The notes beneath the pieces are model-generated. The model was not told the origin of the DNA. It saw only the letters and a list, made by a program, of their open reading frames with translations, and did no database searches. From contig JAFWJA010000021.1 in the NCBI GenBank assembly GCA_017511805.1, positions 65,956 to 129,955 on the forward strand: 64,000 bases of DNA, read 5' to 3'. The translations under genes were made by a program, and so were the position numbers. This DNA is from Bacilli bacterium (GTDB lineage Bacteria > Bacillota_I > Bacilli_A > RF39 > UBA660). Shown in pieces: positions 28,001 to 36,203 of the stretch (the stretch's first letter is position 1; every line of letters starts with the position of its first letter).

Positions 28001-28407
28001 GTCATTTTGATACATCTAAAGTTACTGCTATGAACCAAATGTTTGAGAACATGACAAGTTTAACAAGTTTAAATATTTCAAGTTTTAATACAGCTAAGGT
28101 TAAGAACATGGAAAAAATGTTTAAAGGAACAAATCAATTACAAACACTTGATATTAGTAGCTTTAATACATCAATAGTTACTAATATGAATAATATGTTT
28201 AGTGAAATGAGTGCATTAACAACAATTTATGTTAGCTCATCATTCACAACTTCTTCAGTTACGTCAACTCCAGTAATGTTTGCATCAGATACAAACTTAG
28301 TTGGTGGAGCTGGAACTCATTGGAGTTCATCAAATACTAAGAAGGATTATGCAAGAATAGATAGACCTGATCTTAGTCAACCAGGTTATTTCACAGAAAA
28401 ACAATAA
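25048..28407 (+). CDS. Large cell-surface protein: signal peptide, N-terminal domain paralogous to the 22074 gene, internal NPTTGD sorting signal + TM + KFKKGKK, internal signal-peptide-like segment (..GFVRA/ED), about 7 InlB B-repeat domains, C-terminal DUF285/'26-residue surface-protein repeat' array
   Basis: RBS AGAGGTG lies 9 nt upstream of ATG 25048. Repeats GYIFLGWFNNG, GYTFIGWTGSNGTTPQ, GYSFDGWIGSNG, GYNFLGWSG, GHIFTGWTGSNG and FDGWTTNQDG...LYAKW. C-terminal repeats FDLSGWDVSGAKTFTFMFNQCASITELDLTNW, SNVTDMQKMF and TSKVTAMNQMF are of the DUF285 type. Confidence 0.7.
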   Translation: MVKRKNKLSILFIFTVMISVLFIGKVFASSNIIKLTNIQIKDQTSGVDASIDSYNANTVNTSNDYHAVNNYVEYILTILNTDSKPYSIKSISDTNTNPNIKYDYYDYKDKILKPNSTVQILIRETYNTENADLTNRSSSNSVKFLFNLVDEDGVEIYYDGDNPTTGDQIMKYVIIFGISIVALIALIFIIWKFKKGKKLMVLLLFGLLMIPGFVRAEDVEATITFNNNIDLLDKVKVTFNYNGVTRESIIQYDSSVTEPSVPNKNGYIFLGWFNNGNLFDFSTRLTSDITLEADYLKESYTITYDLDGGNASNPGVYKVTELPIALNNPVKDGYTFIGWTGSNGTTPQKDLTITNKSENLNYKANYTINTYTIAYEGLTEAEMTTLNNPDTYNIEDTITLNNPANRLDNDGDLAYRFIGWKNDTNDVSKTITITNNTGVKSYEAVWLPVAPDTYTITYELHDGTIDGTNPLTFNKLTPSFTLLNPTKRGYSFDGWIGSNGDVPQTSVTINQGTKQDLEFEAIFTKIDYPIAYDLDGGSVAVANPVTYTVTDTVTLNNPTKRGYNFLGWSGTDIEGMSTSVTIPVNSIGERSYKANYEIIEYTITYDLDGGAVTGNPTTYKVTDTINLLAPTKLGHIFTGWTGSNGQTPQTNVTITNSIGNLSYTANYEGGAYYVHFDKNDSLATGTMEDEQMQVDLSKALTSNKFYKKDYVFDGWTTNQDGTGTVYADGESVTNLVMSGTITLYAKWRPVKKAIFDTGSKVNIRMKTLSGQSGAATGTNNSIIKKVKYVDPVPQDKQITDNIISSAASQYKVYMWYDSDEKIIYYGKEDDADEIYLGKDGAYMFNYLYECTEIDTNFRTDDTQNFTQMFWRDVNLEVLDVSHFKTNEAKSFSSMFGECAKIPSFDLSGWDVSGAKTFTFMFNQCASITELDLTNWVTTSAETMKNMFSSTTNLSTLKIPNFVTSNVTDMQKMFDNMPSIQSLDLSHFDTSKVTAMNQMFENMTSLTSLNISSFNTAKVKNMEKMFKGTNQLQTLDISSFNTSIVTNMNNMFSEMSALTTIYVSSSFTTSSVTSTPVMFASDTNLVGGAGTHWSSSNTKKDYARIDRPDLSQPGYFTEKQ

Positions 28408-28428
28408 AAACTATAAAGGAGGACACTT

Positions 28429-31400
28429 ATGGATACAGTAAAACATTATATTAAATATTTTGTTTTAGCTATCGCTTTATTACTACTAGTTAATATTGGT
28501 AGTGCTAAAGCTGCTACTGACGTTATATTGAAATTTACAGATGCCGGTATTGAAGAAACTGTATCTGGAAGTGGATATATAATAAACGGTACATCTCTTG
28601 AAATAATAAATTCTGGAACATATATTATTAAAGGAAGTTGTACTGAAGGTAATATTTCCGTTAAAAAGGGAACAACAGGTGTAACAATAGTTTTAGAAGA
28701 CTTACAATTATCGTCTTCTAAAACTGCACCTATTACAGTTAAAAAAGATGGAGCACAGGTTGATTTCTGGTTAAATGGACATTCTGTTATCGTAGATAAT
28801 GAGGATCCATCTCAAGAATTCTCTCCTGATCCAGAAGTAGCAGATCTATATGAAGGAGCTGCTATAAAAGTAAAATCTGGTTCTAGTGTCTCATTTGCAG
28901 GTGCTGGAATTATAGATATTGAAAGTAGACATAATAACGCTATTAAAGGTGCATCAGAAGCATCAATTACATTTAATACAGGTATCTTTAATATAAGTGC
29001 AGGTAATAGTGGTGTATCTTGTGATGGTACTATTACTCTTAACAATGGACACTTAACTATAGATGCTGCTAATGAAGGTATTAAATTATCTCCTAATGAA
29101 GATGATACTACATCACTAGCTAAATTCGTTAATAATGGTGGAAAAGTTGTTATTTCTGCAGGACAAGATGGTATACAAGCACAAGGTGATATAGAAATAA
29201 ATGGATGGTCTGAAATAGAAATAGATTCTAAAGAGGATGCTATCCAAACTAGATCAAACTTTACTATGACTAATGGTAGAGTAGTAATTCATACATTTGA
29301 AGGATATAATACACCTAACTTTGATCCAGATATTATGAGTGCTAAAGGTATTAAAGCAGCTAAAACAGATGAACAAACAGAAGATGCCACTAATACAATT
29401 AATATCACAGGTGGAACTATATATATAGATTCAAGTGATGATGCTATTCACTCAGATGCATATGTTAATATTACTAGAGGTACTGTTACAGCATTATCTG
29501 GTGATGATGGTATACATGCTGATACTAAATTAGTAATAGGTAGTCAAGGTGGTCTTAGTAGAGACCCAGAAATAACAATAAGAGAAAGTGTTGAAGGTAT
29601 TGAAGCTGGAAACATTTATGTATATTCTGGTAAAACTAGTGTATATGCAATAGATGATGGTATGAACGCTGCTGGTGGAGCTTCATCAGGTGGTGGAAAA
29701 GAACATGGTGAACACTTTAATCCAGACACAGGACAAATGGAAGAAAATTATGCTATATATGTATATGGTGGAAATATCTATGTTAACTGTGAAGGTGATG
29801 GATTAGATGCCAATGGTAGTTTATATTTATATGGTGGTACACAAATAATTTATCACCAAGATGCTCAAGGTAATAACTCAGCTCTAGATAGAGACCATAA
29901 ATTAGTTATTGATGGAGCTACAGTATTTGCAGCAGGTGGTGTTGCAGATAATGGACGTATTGATTCAACAGGTAGTTCACAAAAAATAATAATTGATGAT
30001 ACAACAGATTATTCTGCTAATAGTAAGGTAGTTGTTAGTGATAATGGAACTCCAGTATTTAATGATCAAATACCAAAGAGATCAGTTTATACATTCTATT
30101 CGAGTCCAAGTCTTGATAATGGTTCTATTAGTACAACAAGTACAATAGCAGATTTAAATAATAATCCATGGAATCATAATTTTGATGATGGTGTTATAAC
30201 TACACCTGCTACTCCTAGTACACCAGGAGTTATAACTTATACATGTCAAGATGATGGTTATACAGAATCTAAAACATATTTCTATAAAGGTGAAGTAACA
30301 TTTACTTTCGTTAATAAAACAAATGGACAAGCAAGTATAACAGTAGGTTCTACTACAAGTAGTACAAACTTTGTAACTAACGAACCAGATGAATTTATAT
30401 ATATGACTACTACTGAAGACGTAGAGTTAATAGCTACTAAAGATGGATTAGATTATCAAACTATGTTCCCAGAATCAACAAGTGATCCAAATACTGTTAG
30501 ATTCCATGCAAATCCATCTACTACAAAGACATTCTATGTAGTATTAGATGGTGATGTTAATATGGATGGAGTAGCAGATATAGATGACTCTACTATTATA
30601 GCTAGATCATTATTATCTAGTAGTGATCCTAGATATGTAGAATTATCATTAATACAAAAAGTTTTAGCGGATATTAATGATGATGGATTAATAAATTCTC
30701 ATGATGGTTTAGCAATTATAAAAGATTTAACAGGAACAGATAAATATGATGAAAGTTACTTTGGTATTACATCTATAGATCCAGTTATATTAGATGGAGA
30801 ACATGATGGAGAAGCAACAGTTTCATTCTATACTAAGAAAGCTATATTTATAGACGCAATGGATGGTAGATATTCACCATCAAAAGAATATCCAAGTACA
30901 AATGGATATCTTGAATTAAGTGATATTCAAGGTTCATATGATCAAGTACAATATTCATTAATAGATGTTAATAGTGGATTTGCTGGCGCAGTTGATACTA
31001 ACGGATTAAGCATTCCAAAAGACACTGTACTAGTTACATTAAAATATAAAGTTGATAAAGATACTCCAACTGGTACATATCCAGTTAAATTAAGAATTGA
31101 TTCAGTAACTGCTCATGATTCAAAGATACCAACATCATTTGAAATAAAAGCAGATGTAATTGTTAAAGGACAAAATACTCCAACAAGTGCATTCTTTGTT
31201 GCAGATGATGGAGTAGCAGGTATTGATGTATATCATACACAAGATTATTCTCATTCAGATGAAGTAGATGTTACTTCTACTGCTATTAGGGATTCTGTTA
31301 CTGGAGAATTAATTCCACCTGGTGGAGAAGGACAATTAAATTTCTTAGTTAAACCAAAAATGGGTTATATAGTAACAAATGTTGAAGTAACTCCATCAGC

Positions 31401-34400
31401 ACACTTTAAACAAGTAAAAGGACCTGCTGATACAGATCAACCAAATACTTTTAGAGTTACTAAAGTAACTGGTGATATAGAAGTAGTAGTTACTACTAAA
31501 AAAGCTAGTGAATTTACTGCAACATTTGATATTGATGAAAATAAAATAGAAGCAATTGATGTATATTATACACAAGATTATACTACTCCAGATGAAACAG
31601 GAGTAACAGAGACTCTAGTAAGAAATGGAGATACTGGTGCAATAGATATATCTGGTGATGGACAAGTTAACTTCAAAGTTATACCAAAACCAGGATATAA
31701 AGTAGATTCTGTTAAAGTATCTGGTACTTATAAGAATATTAAAGATCAAGGCAATAATATTTATCGTGTTACTAAGGTTAGTGGAGATATTATAATTAAG
31801 GTTAAGGGAGCTGAAAAAGAAACAATAGTTCCTGAAGTAACTGGATATTCTCCAAGTCATGTTTATACTGGTTCTAAGATAAAACCAGCTATAACAGTTA
31901 ATATCGCAGGTACAGAAACTACATTAGTTAAGAATACAGATTATACTATTGAATATGGTACTAATAAAGATGTAGGTACTGGTACAATTACTATTAATCC
32001 AGTAATGACAAGTGCATATTTATTTAATCCAACTACTGTTACATTTGATATTACTCCATATACATTAACAAGTTCTAATGTTGAAGTACCAAGTGCAATT
32101 GTTTATACAGGAGATCCATTATCTCCAGAAGTAACAGTTACTCATGGAAGTACTACTTTAGTAGAAGGTACAGACTATGAAGTATCATATGCTAACCAAG
32201 ATGGCATGGTAGGAGAATCTGTAAATGTTATTGTTACAGGTAAAGGAAACTTTACTGGTGTAGTAAATGATAAAGAAGTACCTATTACTGCTAAAGCTAC
32301 TCAAACTATAGTATTTGAACATGATGAAATAACTAAGATATATGGTAGTGATTTCACACAAGTAGCTAACTTAGTTGTAGGTGATGGTACTATTACATAT
32401 TCATCATCTAACCCAGCAGCTGCTACTGTTGATCCAGTAACTGGTGCTGTAACATTAGTAGCAACAGGACAAACTTATATCCGTGCTACTGCTAGTGAAA
32501 CAGAAAACTATGCTGAAACAACTGTAAGATATAAATTAATTGTTAAGAAAGCAGATATAGCTATAACAGGTGTTACTGTATCTGATAAAGATTATGATGG
32601 TACTAAGACTGCTACTGTTACTGGTGTAACATTTAGTGGATTAGTTAAATCAGAAGAGTTAGTAATGGGTACTGATTATACAGTAACAGGATTATTTAGC
32701 GATGCTGAAATAGGTACTGATAAAGAAGTAACTGTTACAGTAGATTTATCTGTAGCAACTTTATCTAGATATGCATTAGCTAATAATACCGCAATAGGTA
32801 CTGCAAGTATTAATCCAATTTCTATAACAGAAAATGATATAACATTAAGTGATAGTACTTATGAATATGATGGTACTGAAAAGACTCCAACAGTTTCAGT
32901 AGTAACAGGTGGACAAACATTAGTAGAAAATGTTGATTATAAAGTAAGTTATATAGATAATGTTAATGAAGGAGAAGCATACGCTGTTATTGTTGGTATT
33001 GGTAATTATAGTACTAATACTCCAATAACTAAAGTATTTACTATTACTCCTAAAACTATAACTCCAACTATTGAAGCTATAGAAGATCAAGAGTTCACTG
33101 GTTCTGAAGTTCAACCAGCAATAGTAGTTAAAGATGGAACTACTACATTAGTAGAAGGTACTGATTATACAGTTTCTTATGCTAATAACATTGTAATAGG
33201 TACAGCAGATGTAACAATTAGTCCAGTTGATGGAGGTAATTATACATTTGATGATACTGATCCTAGTGCTAGTACAACATTTGATATAGTTCCATATACT
33301 ATTAAAGAAGAAGATATAACACTAGAATATACATTTGTTAAATATGATGGAAGTGCTAAAACACCATCTGTTACAGTAACATTAAATGGTAATGTATTAA
33401 CTGAAAATACTGATTATACAGTAGCATACAGTAATAACAATGTAGTTACTGAAACTGCTAAAGTAACAGTAACAGGACTTGCTCCTAATTATACTGGTAC
33501 TCCAGAAGTATTCTTTGAAATATCTGATAAAGACTTATTAACAATAAGTGGAATTAATAATCAATCAGTAACATATACTGGTGAAGAAGTAGAATTAGAA
33601 GGAACATTAACTGTTTCAGAAAATACAGATAATATAACTGTAGATGATTTAACAGTTAAATATTATGATAGTTCAGATAATGAAATAGAAAGACCAACTA
33701 ATGTAGGTGCTTACTATGTAGTATATAGTTATGATGGAGCTAATTATAAAGGTGAAACTAGAGTAGACTTTGAAATAACTAAAAAGGAATCTAGTATACC
33801 TAGTGAAGTAAGTTCTAACTTACAAGGTGTAGTTCATGATAGTTTAAATACAATAGTATTTACTACATCAGGACTTGCTTGGGAAGATGGAACTACTAGT
33901 ATAGCTCCAGAATCTAATACATATCCAGCTATATATACTGAAAACAATGATACAATTAATTACACTACAATAAATGTTAATATACCAGTTTATGGTAAAC
34001 AAGTAATTGATATTAATACAAGTGTTGATGGTGCAGGAGGAACAATTACAGACTCTATGAATGATGTAGTTGAAGGGACTCCTAAAACTATTACTTTAGA
34101 TCCTAATGAAGGATATGAAGTAGATGCAGTATATATCAATAATGAAGAAGTACCTGTTTCTAATAATCAATTAGAAATAACAGCGGGTTCATCTGATATG
34201 AATATTGTTGTTAAATTTAAAACTACTGAATATAGTATGAATATATCTGGTGATAATTCATATGTAGATCCATATGGTATTATTAATGTAGAACATAATT
34301 CTGCAATGGAATTAACTATATCTGCTAAACCAGGATATAGGTTATCATCAGTAAAAGTTAATAATGAAGAAAAAATAACAGATTTGACTAGTGATAAATT

Positions 34401-34884
34401 AACAGTAGGTAATATTACAGATGATACTAAAGTTTCTGCTACTGCAGAAAGAATTACTTATGAAGTAATTGAAGGTGCTAGACAAGAATATGTTATTAAT
34501 AGAGATACATATGCTAGATTTGTAATAAATGCTGATTATGATTTATTTGAAACAGGTGGAAAAGTATTAGTAGATGAAAAAGAAGTAGATGCTAAGTATT
34601 ATACTTCTGAATCTGGTAGTACAGTAATAGTATTTAACAGAGAATTCATGGATAGCTTATCATTAGGTGCTCATTCATTTAGAGTAGAATTTAATGATGG
34701 TGGTGAAGCATCTTGTACATTTAGAGTAGCGTTATTGAAATATCAAGATAAAGAAGATATTGTTAATCCTACTACTGGTGATACTATTACTAAAGTAATT
34801 AATATATTTATTATTAGTTTAATAGTAATAATTGGAATTATTTTAATAGCAAATAGAAAGACTATTAAGAAATTATTTAAATAA
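28429..34884 (+). CDS. Giant (2151 aa) sortase-anchored surface protein: signal peptide, beta-helix (Cthe_2159-like) domain, type-I dockerin, cohesin-like module, Ig-like and multiple MBG (YGX-type) repeats, C-terminal NPTTGD sorting signal + TM + basic tail
   Basis: RBS AAGGAGG 21 nt after the upstream stop, so it is co-transcribed. The dockerin has two 12-residue Ca-binding-like loops, DVNMDGVADIDD and DINDDGLINSHD. The cohesin-like stretch is VTLKYKVDKDTPTGTYPVKLRIDSV. MBG repeats follow the pattern TLVEGTDY(E/T)VSYAN...G.A.V.VTGKGNYTG. The C-terminus is VNPTTGDTITKVINIFIISLIVIIGIILIANRKTIKK. Confidence 0.65.
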   Translation: MDTVKHYIKYFVLAIALLLLVNIGSAKAATDVILKFTDAGIEETVSGSGYIINGTSLEIINSGTYIIKGSCTEGNISVKKGTTGVTIVLEDLQLSSSKTAPITVKKDGAQVDFWLNGHSVIVDNEDPSQEFSPDPEVADLYEGAAIKVKSGSSVSFAGAGIIDIESRHNNAIKGASEASITFNTGIFNISAGNSGVSCDGTITLNNGHLTIDAANEGIKLSPNEDDTTSLAKFVNNGGKVVISAGQDGIQAQGDIEINGWSEIEIDSKEDAIQTRSNFTMTNGRVVIHTFEGYNTPNFDPDIMSAKGIKAAKTDEQTEDATNTINITGGTIYIDSSDDAIHSDAYVNITRGTVTALSGDDGIHADTKLVIGSQGGLSRDPEITIRESVEGIEAGNIYVYSGKTSVYAIDDGMNAAGGASSGGGKEHGEHFNPDTGQMEENYAIYVYGGNIYVNCEGDGLDANGSLYLYGGTQIIYHQDAQGNNSALDRDHKLVIDGATVFAAGGVADNGRIDSTGSSQKIIIDDTTDYSANSKVVVSDNGTPVFNDQIPKRSVYTFYSSPSLDNGSISTTSTIADLNNNPWNHNFDDGVITTPATPSTPGVITYTCQDDGYTESKTYFYKGEVTFTFVNKTNGQASITVGSTTSSTNFVTNEPDEFIYMTTTEDVELIATKDGLDYQTMFPESTSDPNTVRFHANPSTTKTFYVVLDGDVNMDGVADIDDSTIIARSLLSSSDPRYVELSLIQKVLADINDDGLINSHDGLAIIKDLTGTDKYDESYFGITSIDPVILDGEHDGEATVSFYTKKAIFIDAMDGRYSPSKEYPSTNGYLELSDIQGSYDQVQYSLIDVNSGFAGAVDTNGLSIPKDTVLVTLKYKVDKDTPTGTYPVKLRIDSVTAHDSKIPTSFEIKADVIVKGQNTPTSAFFVADDGVAGIDVYHTQDYSHSDEVDVTSTAIRDSVTGELIPPGGEGQLNFLVKPKMGYIVTNVEVTPSAHFKQVKGPADTDQPNTFRVTKVTGDIEVVVTTKKASEFTATFDIDENKIEAIDVYYTQDYTTPDETGVTETLVRNGDTGAIDISGDGQVNFKVIPKPGYKVDSVKVSGTYKNIKDQGNNIYRVTKVSGDIIIKVKGAEKETIVPEVTGYSPSHVYTGSKIKPAITVNIAGTETTLVKNTDYTIEYGTNKDVGTGTITINPVMTSAYLFNPTTVTFDITPYTLTSSNVEVPSAIVYTGDPLSPEVTVTHGSTTLVEGTDYEVSYANQDGMVGESVNVIVTGKGNFTGVVNDKEVPITAKATQTIVFEHDEITKIYGSDFTQVANLVVGDGTITYSSSNPAAATVDPVTGAVTLVATGQTYIRATASETENYAETTVRYKLIVKKADIAITGVTVSDKDYDGTKTATVTGVTFSGLVKSEELVMGTDYTVTGLFSDAEIGTDKEVTVTVDLSVATLSRYALANNTAIGTASINPISITENDITLSDSTYEYDGTEKTPTVSVVTGGQTLVENVDYKVSYIDNVNEGEAYAVIVGIGNYSTNTPITKVFTITPKTITPTIEAIEDQEFTGSEVQPAIVVKDGTTTLVEGTDYTVSYANNIVIGTADVTISPVDGGNYTFDDTDPSASTTFDIVPYTIKEEDITLEYTFVKYDGSAKTPSVTVTLNGNVLTENTDYTVAYSNNNVVTETAKVTVTGLAPNYTGTPEVFFEISDKDLLTISGINNQSVTYTGEEVELEGTLTVSENTDNITVDDLTVKYYDSSDNEIERPTNVGAYYVVYSYDGANYKGETRVDFEITKKESSIPSEVSSNLQGVVHDSLNTIVFTTSGLAWEDGTTSIAPESNTYPAIYTENNDTINYTTINVNIPVYGKQVIDINTSVDGAGGTITDSMNDVVEGTPKTITLDPNEGYEVDAVYINNEEVPVSNNQLEITAGSSDMNIVVKFKTTEYSMNISGDNSYVDPYGIINVEHNSAMELTISAKPGYRLSSVKVNNEEKITDLTSDKLTVGNITDDTKVSATAERITYEVIEGARQEYVINRDTYARFVINADYDLFETGGKVLVDEKEVDAKYYTSESGSTVIVFNREFMDSLSLGAHSFRVEFNDGGEASCTFRVALLKYQDKEDIVNPTTGDTITKVINIFIISLIVIIGIILIANRKTIKKLFK

Positions 34885-34925
34885 TAGGACTAGCTAATGC
34901 TAGTCCTTGTTTGTATGGAGGACTT

Positions 34926-36122
34926 ATGGAAGAAAAAAAGAAACCTACAAAGAAAAAAAGTACTAGTTCTGTAACTAAGAAAAAGACTACTACAGTAAAG
35001 AAGACTACTACTCCTAAAAAGAAAACAACAACTACAAAGAAAAGTACACCTACTAAAAAGGTAACTACTGTTAAAAAGACTACTGTAGTAAAAAAGACAA
35101 CTACTCCTAAGAAGAAACCAGTTGTTAAAAAGGTTGTAGTAAAAAAAGAAGTAGAGCCAGTTGAAGAACATAAAGTAGTAAAAATAGTAGTTAAAAGAAA
35201 ACCTAGTACTAGAACTAAAAAGAAGGTTACTGATAGTAAAACTAACGCTATTAATGATATAAATAAGATTATTAATAGTATTGAAGATGTAGCAGAGAAA
35301 TATGATGAAAAAGTAGAATATACTCCAGAACCAGAAGTTCATGAAAAACCAAAAATTGAATTTGATGATATAACTCCTGCAGAGGAAGATTATAAGTATG
35401 AGGGACCAGCAGAGGAACCAAAGATTACTTTTGATGATATAGCTCCAGCAGAGGAAGACTATAAGTATGAGGAACCAGCAGAGGAACCAAAGATTACTTT
35501 TGATGATATAGAACCTGCAGAAGAAGATTTTAAGTATGAAGGTCCAGTTATAGAAGAAACAAATACTATTTTTGATGAACCTATGGATGAAGTAGTTATA
35601 GAACAAGCTACTAAAGAAAAATTAACACCTCAAACAGACTCTATAGAAGAACAAGTAGATATAACTCCTGTAAAAACTAAAACAAAGTTAAAACCAGCTT
35701 CTAAAATAGTTATATTCTTGTTATTACTTGGGTTAATAGGTTTTGCTGTATATATTGGTATGGATCATAAAAAAGTAGGTAAAGAGATAGTTAATAATTC
35801 AAGTTATTCTAATAATCTTGGTGTAGTTGAATTTAAATGTGTTAATAAAAAATTAAACAATGTTATTATCAATAGTAATATGATTAATGACATGAAGAAT
35901 AAAGATAGTAAATATACTAAAAAAATAAAAGCTGTACTTAAAGATACAAATAGTAATTCATATTTAGTTACTAATATAAAAAATGCTTTAGAATTAAAAA
36001 TAATTACTGAAAATGATACATTAACAGAATACTATTACAAGGTATTAGGTTTTGATAATTTAGATGATTTAATAAGTTTATTTGAGGAAACAATAGATAG
36101 CTTAAAAAAGAACCAAAAATAG
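34926..36122 (+). CDS. Lys/Thr-rich basic low-complexity protein with three tandem 23-aa repeats and one TM segment
   Basis: RBS GGAGG at 34917-34921. N-terminal KKTTT..KKKTTTTKK low complexity. Repeats PKITFDDIAPAEEDYKYEEPAEE x3. TM segment IVIFLLLLGLIGFAVYIGM. Confidence 0.55.
   Translation: MEEKKKPTKKKSTSSVTKKKTTTVKKTTTPKKKTTTTKKSTPTKKVTTVKKTTVVKKTTTPKKKPVVKKVVVKKEVEPVEEHKVVKIVVKRKPSTRTKKKVTDSKTNAINDINKIINSIEDVAEKYDEKVEYTPEPEVHEKPKIEFDDITPAEEDYKYEGPAEEPKITFDDIAPAEEDYKYEEPAEEPKITFDDIEPAEEDFKYEGPVIEETNTIFDEPMDEVVIEQATKEKLTPQTDSIEEQVDITPVKTKTKLKPASKIVIFLLLLGLIGFAVYIGMDHKKVGKEIVNNSSYSNNLGVVEFKCVNKKLNNVIINSNMINDMKNKDSKYTKKIKAVLKDTNSNSYLVTNIKNALELKIITENDTLTEYYYKVLGFDNLDDLISLFEETIDSLKKNQK
35352..35558 (+). 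repeat. 3 x 69-bp near-identical tandem coding repeat
   Basis: The unit aagattacttttgatgatatagctccagcagaggaagactataagtatgaggaaccagcagaggaacca is repeated directly with few substitutions. Confidence 0.8.
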
Positions 36123-36135
36123 GTTCTTTTATTTT
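36108..36135 (+). terminator. Intrinsic terminator
   Basis: Stem aagaacc-aaaaata-ggttctt, then ttattttg. Confidence 0.7.
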
Positions 36136-36203
36136 GAATTCATATTTGACTTTTTTTACTATTTATATTACTATATTTTTACTTTCAAAAAGGAGGGGAT
36201 TCT

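Noticed and set aside
34890-35606. 238-aa minus-strand ORF rich in F/L/Y/C/S.
   Set aside because: It lies entirely antisense to the Lys/Thr-rich gene. Its composition is simply the complement of AAG/ACT-rich repeats, and it has no RBS. Spurious.
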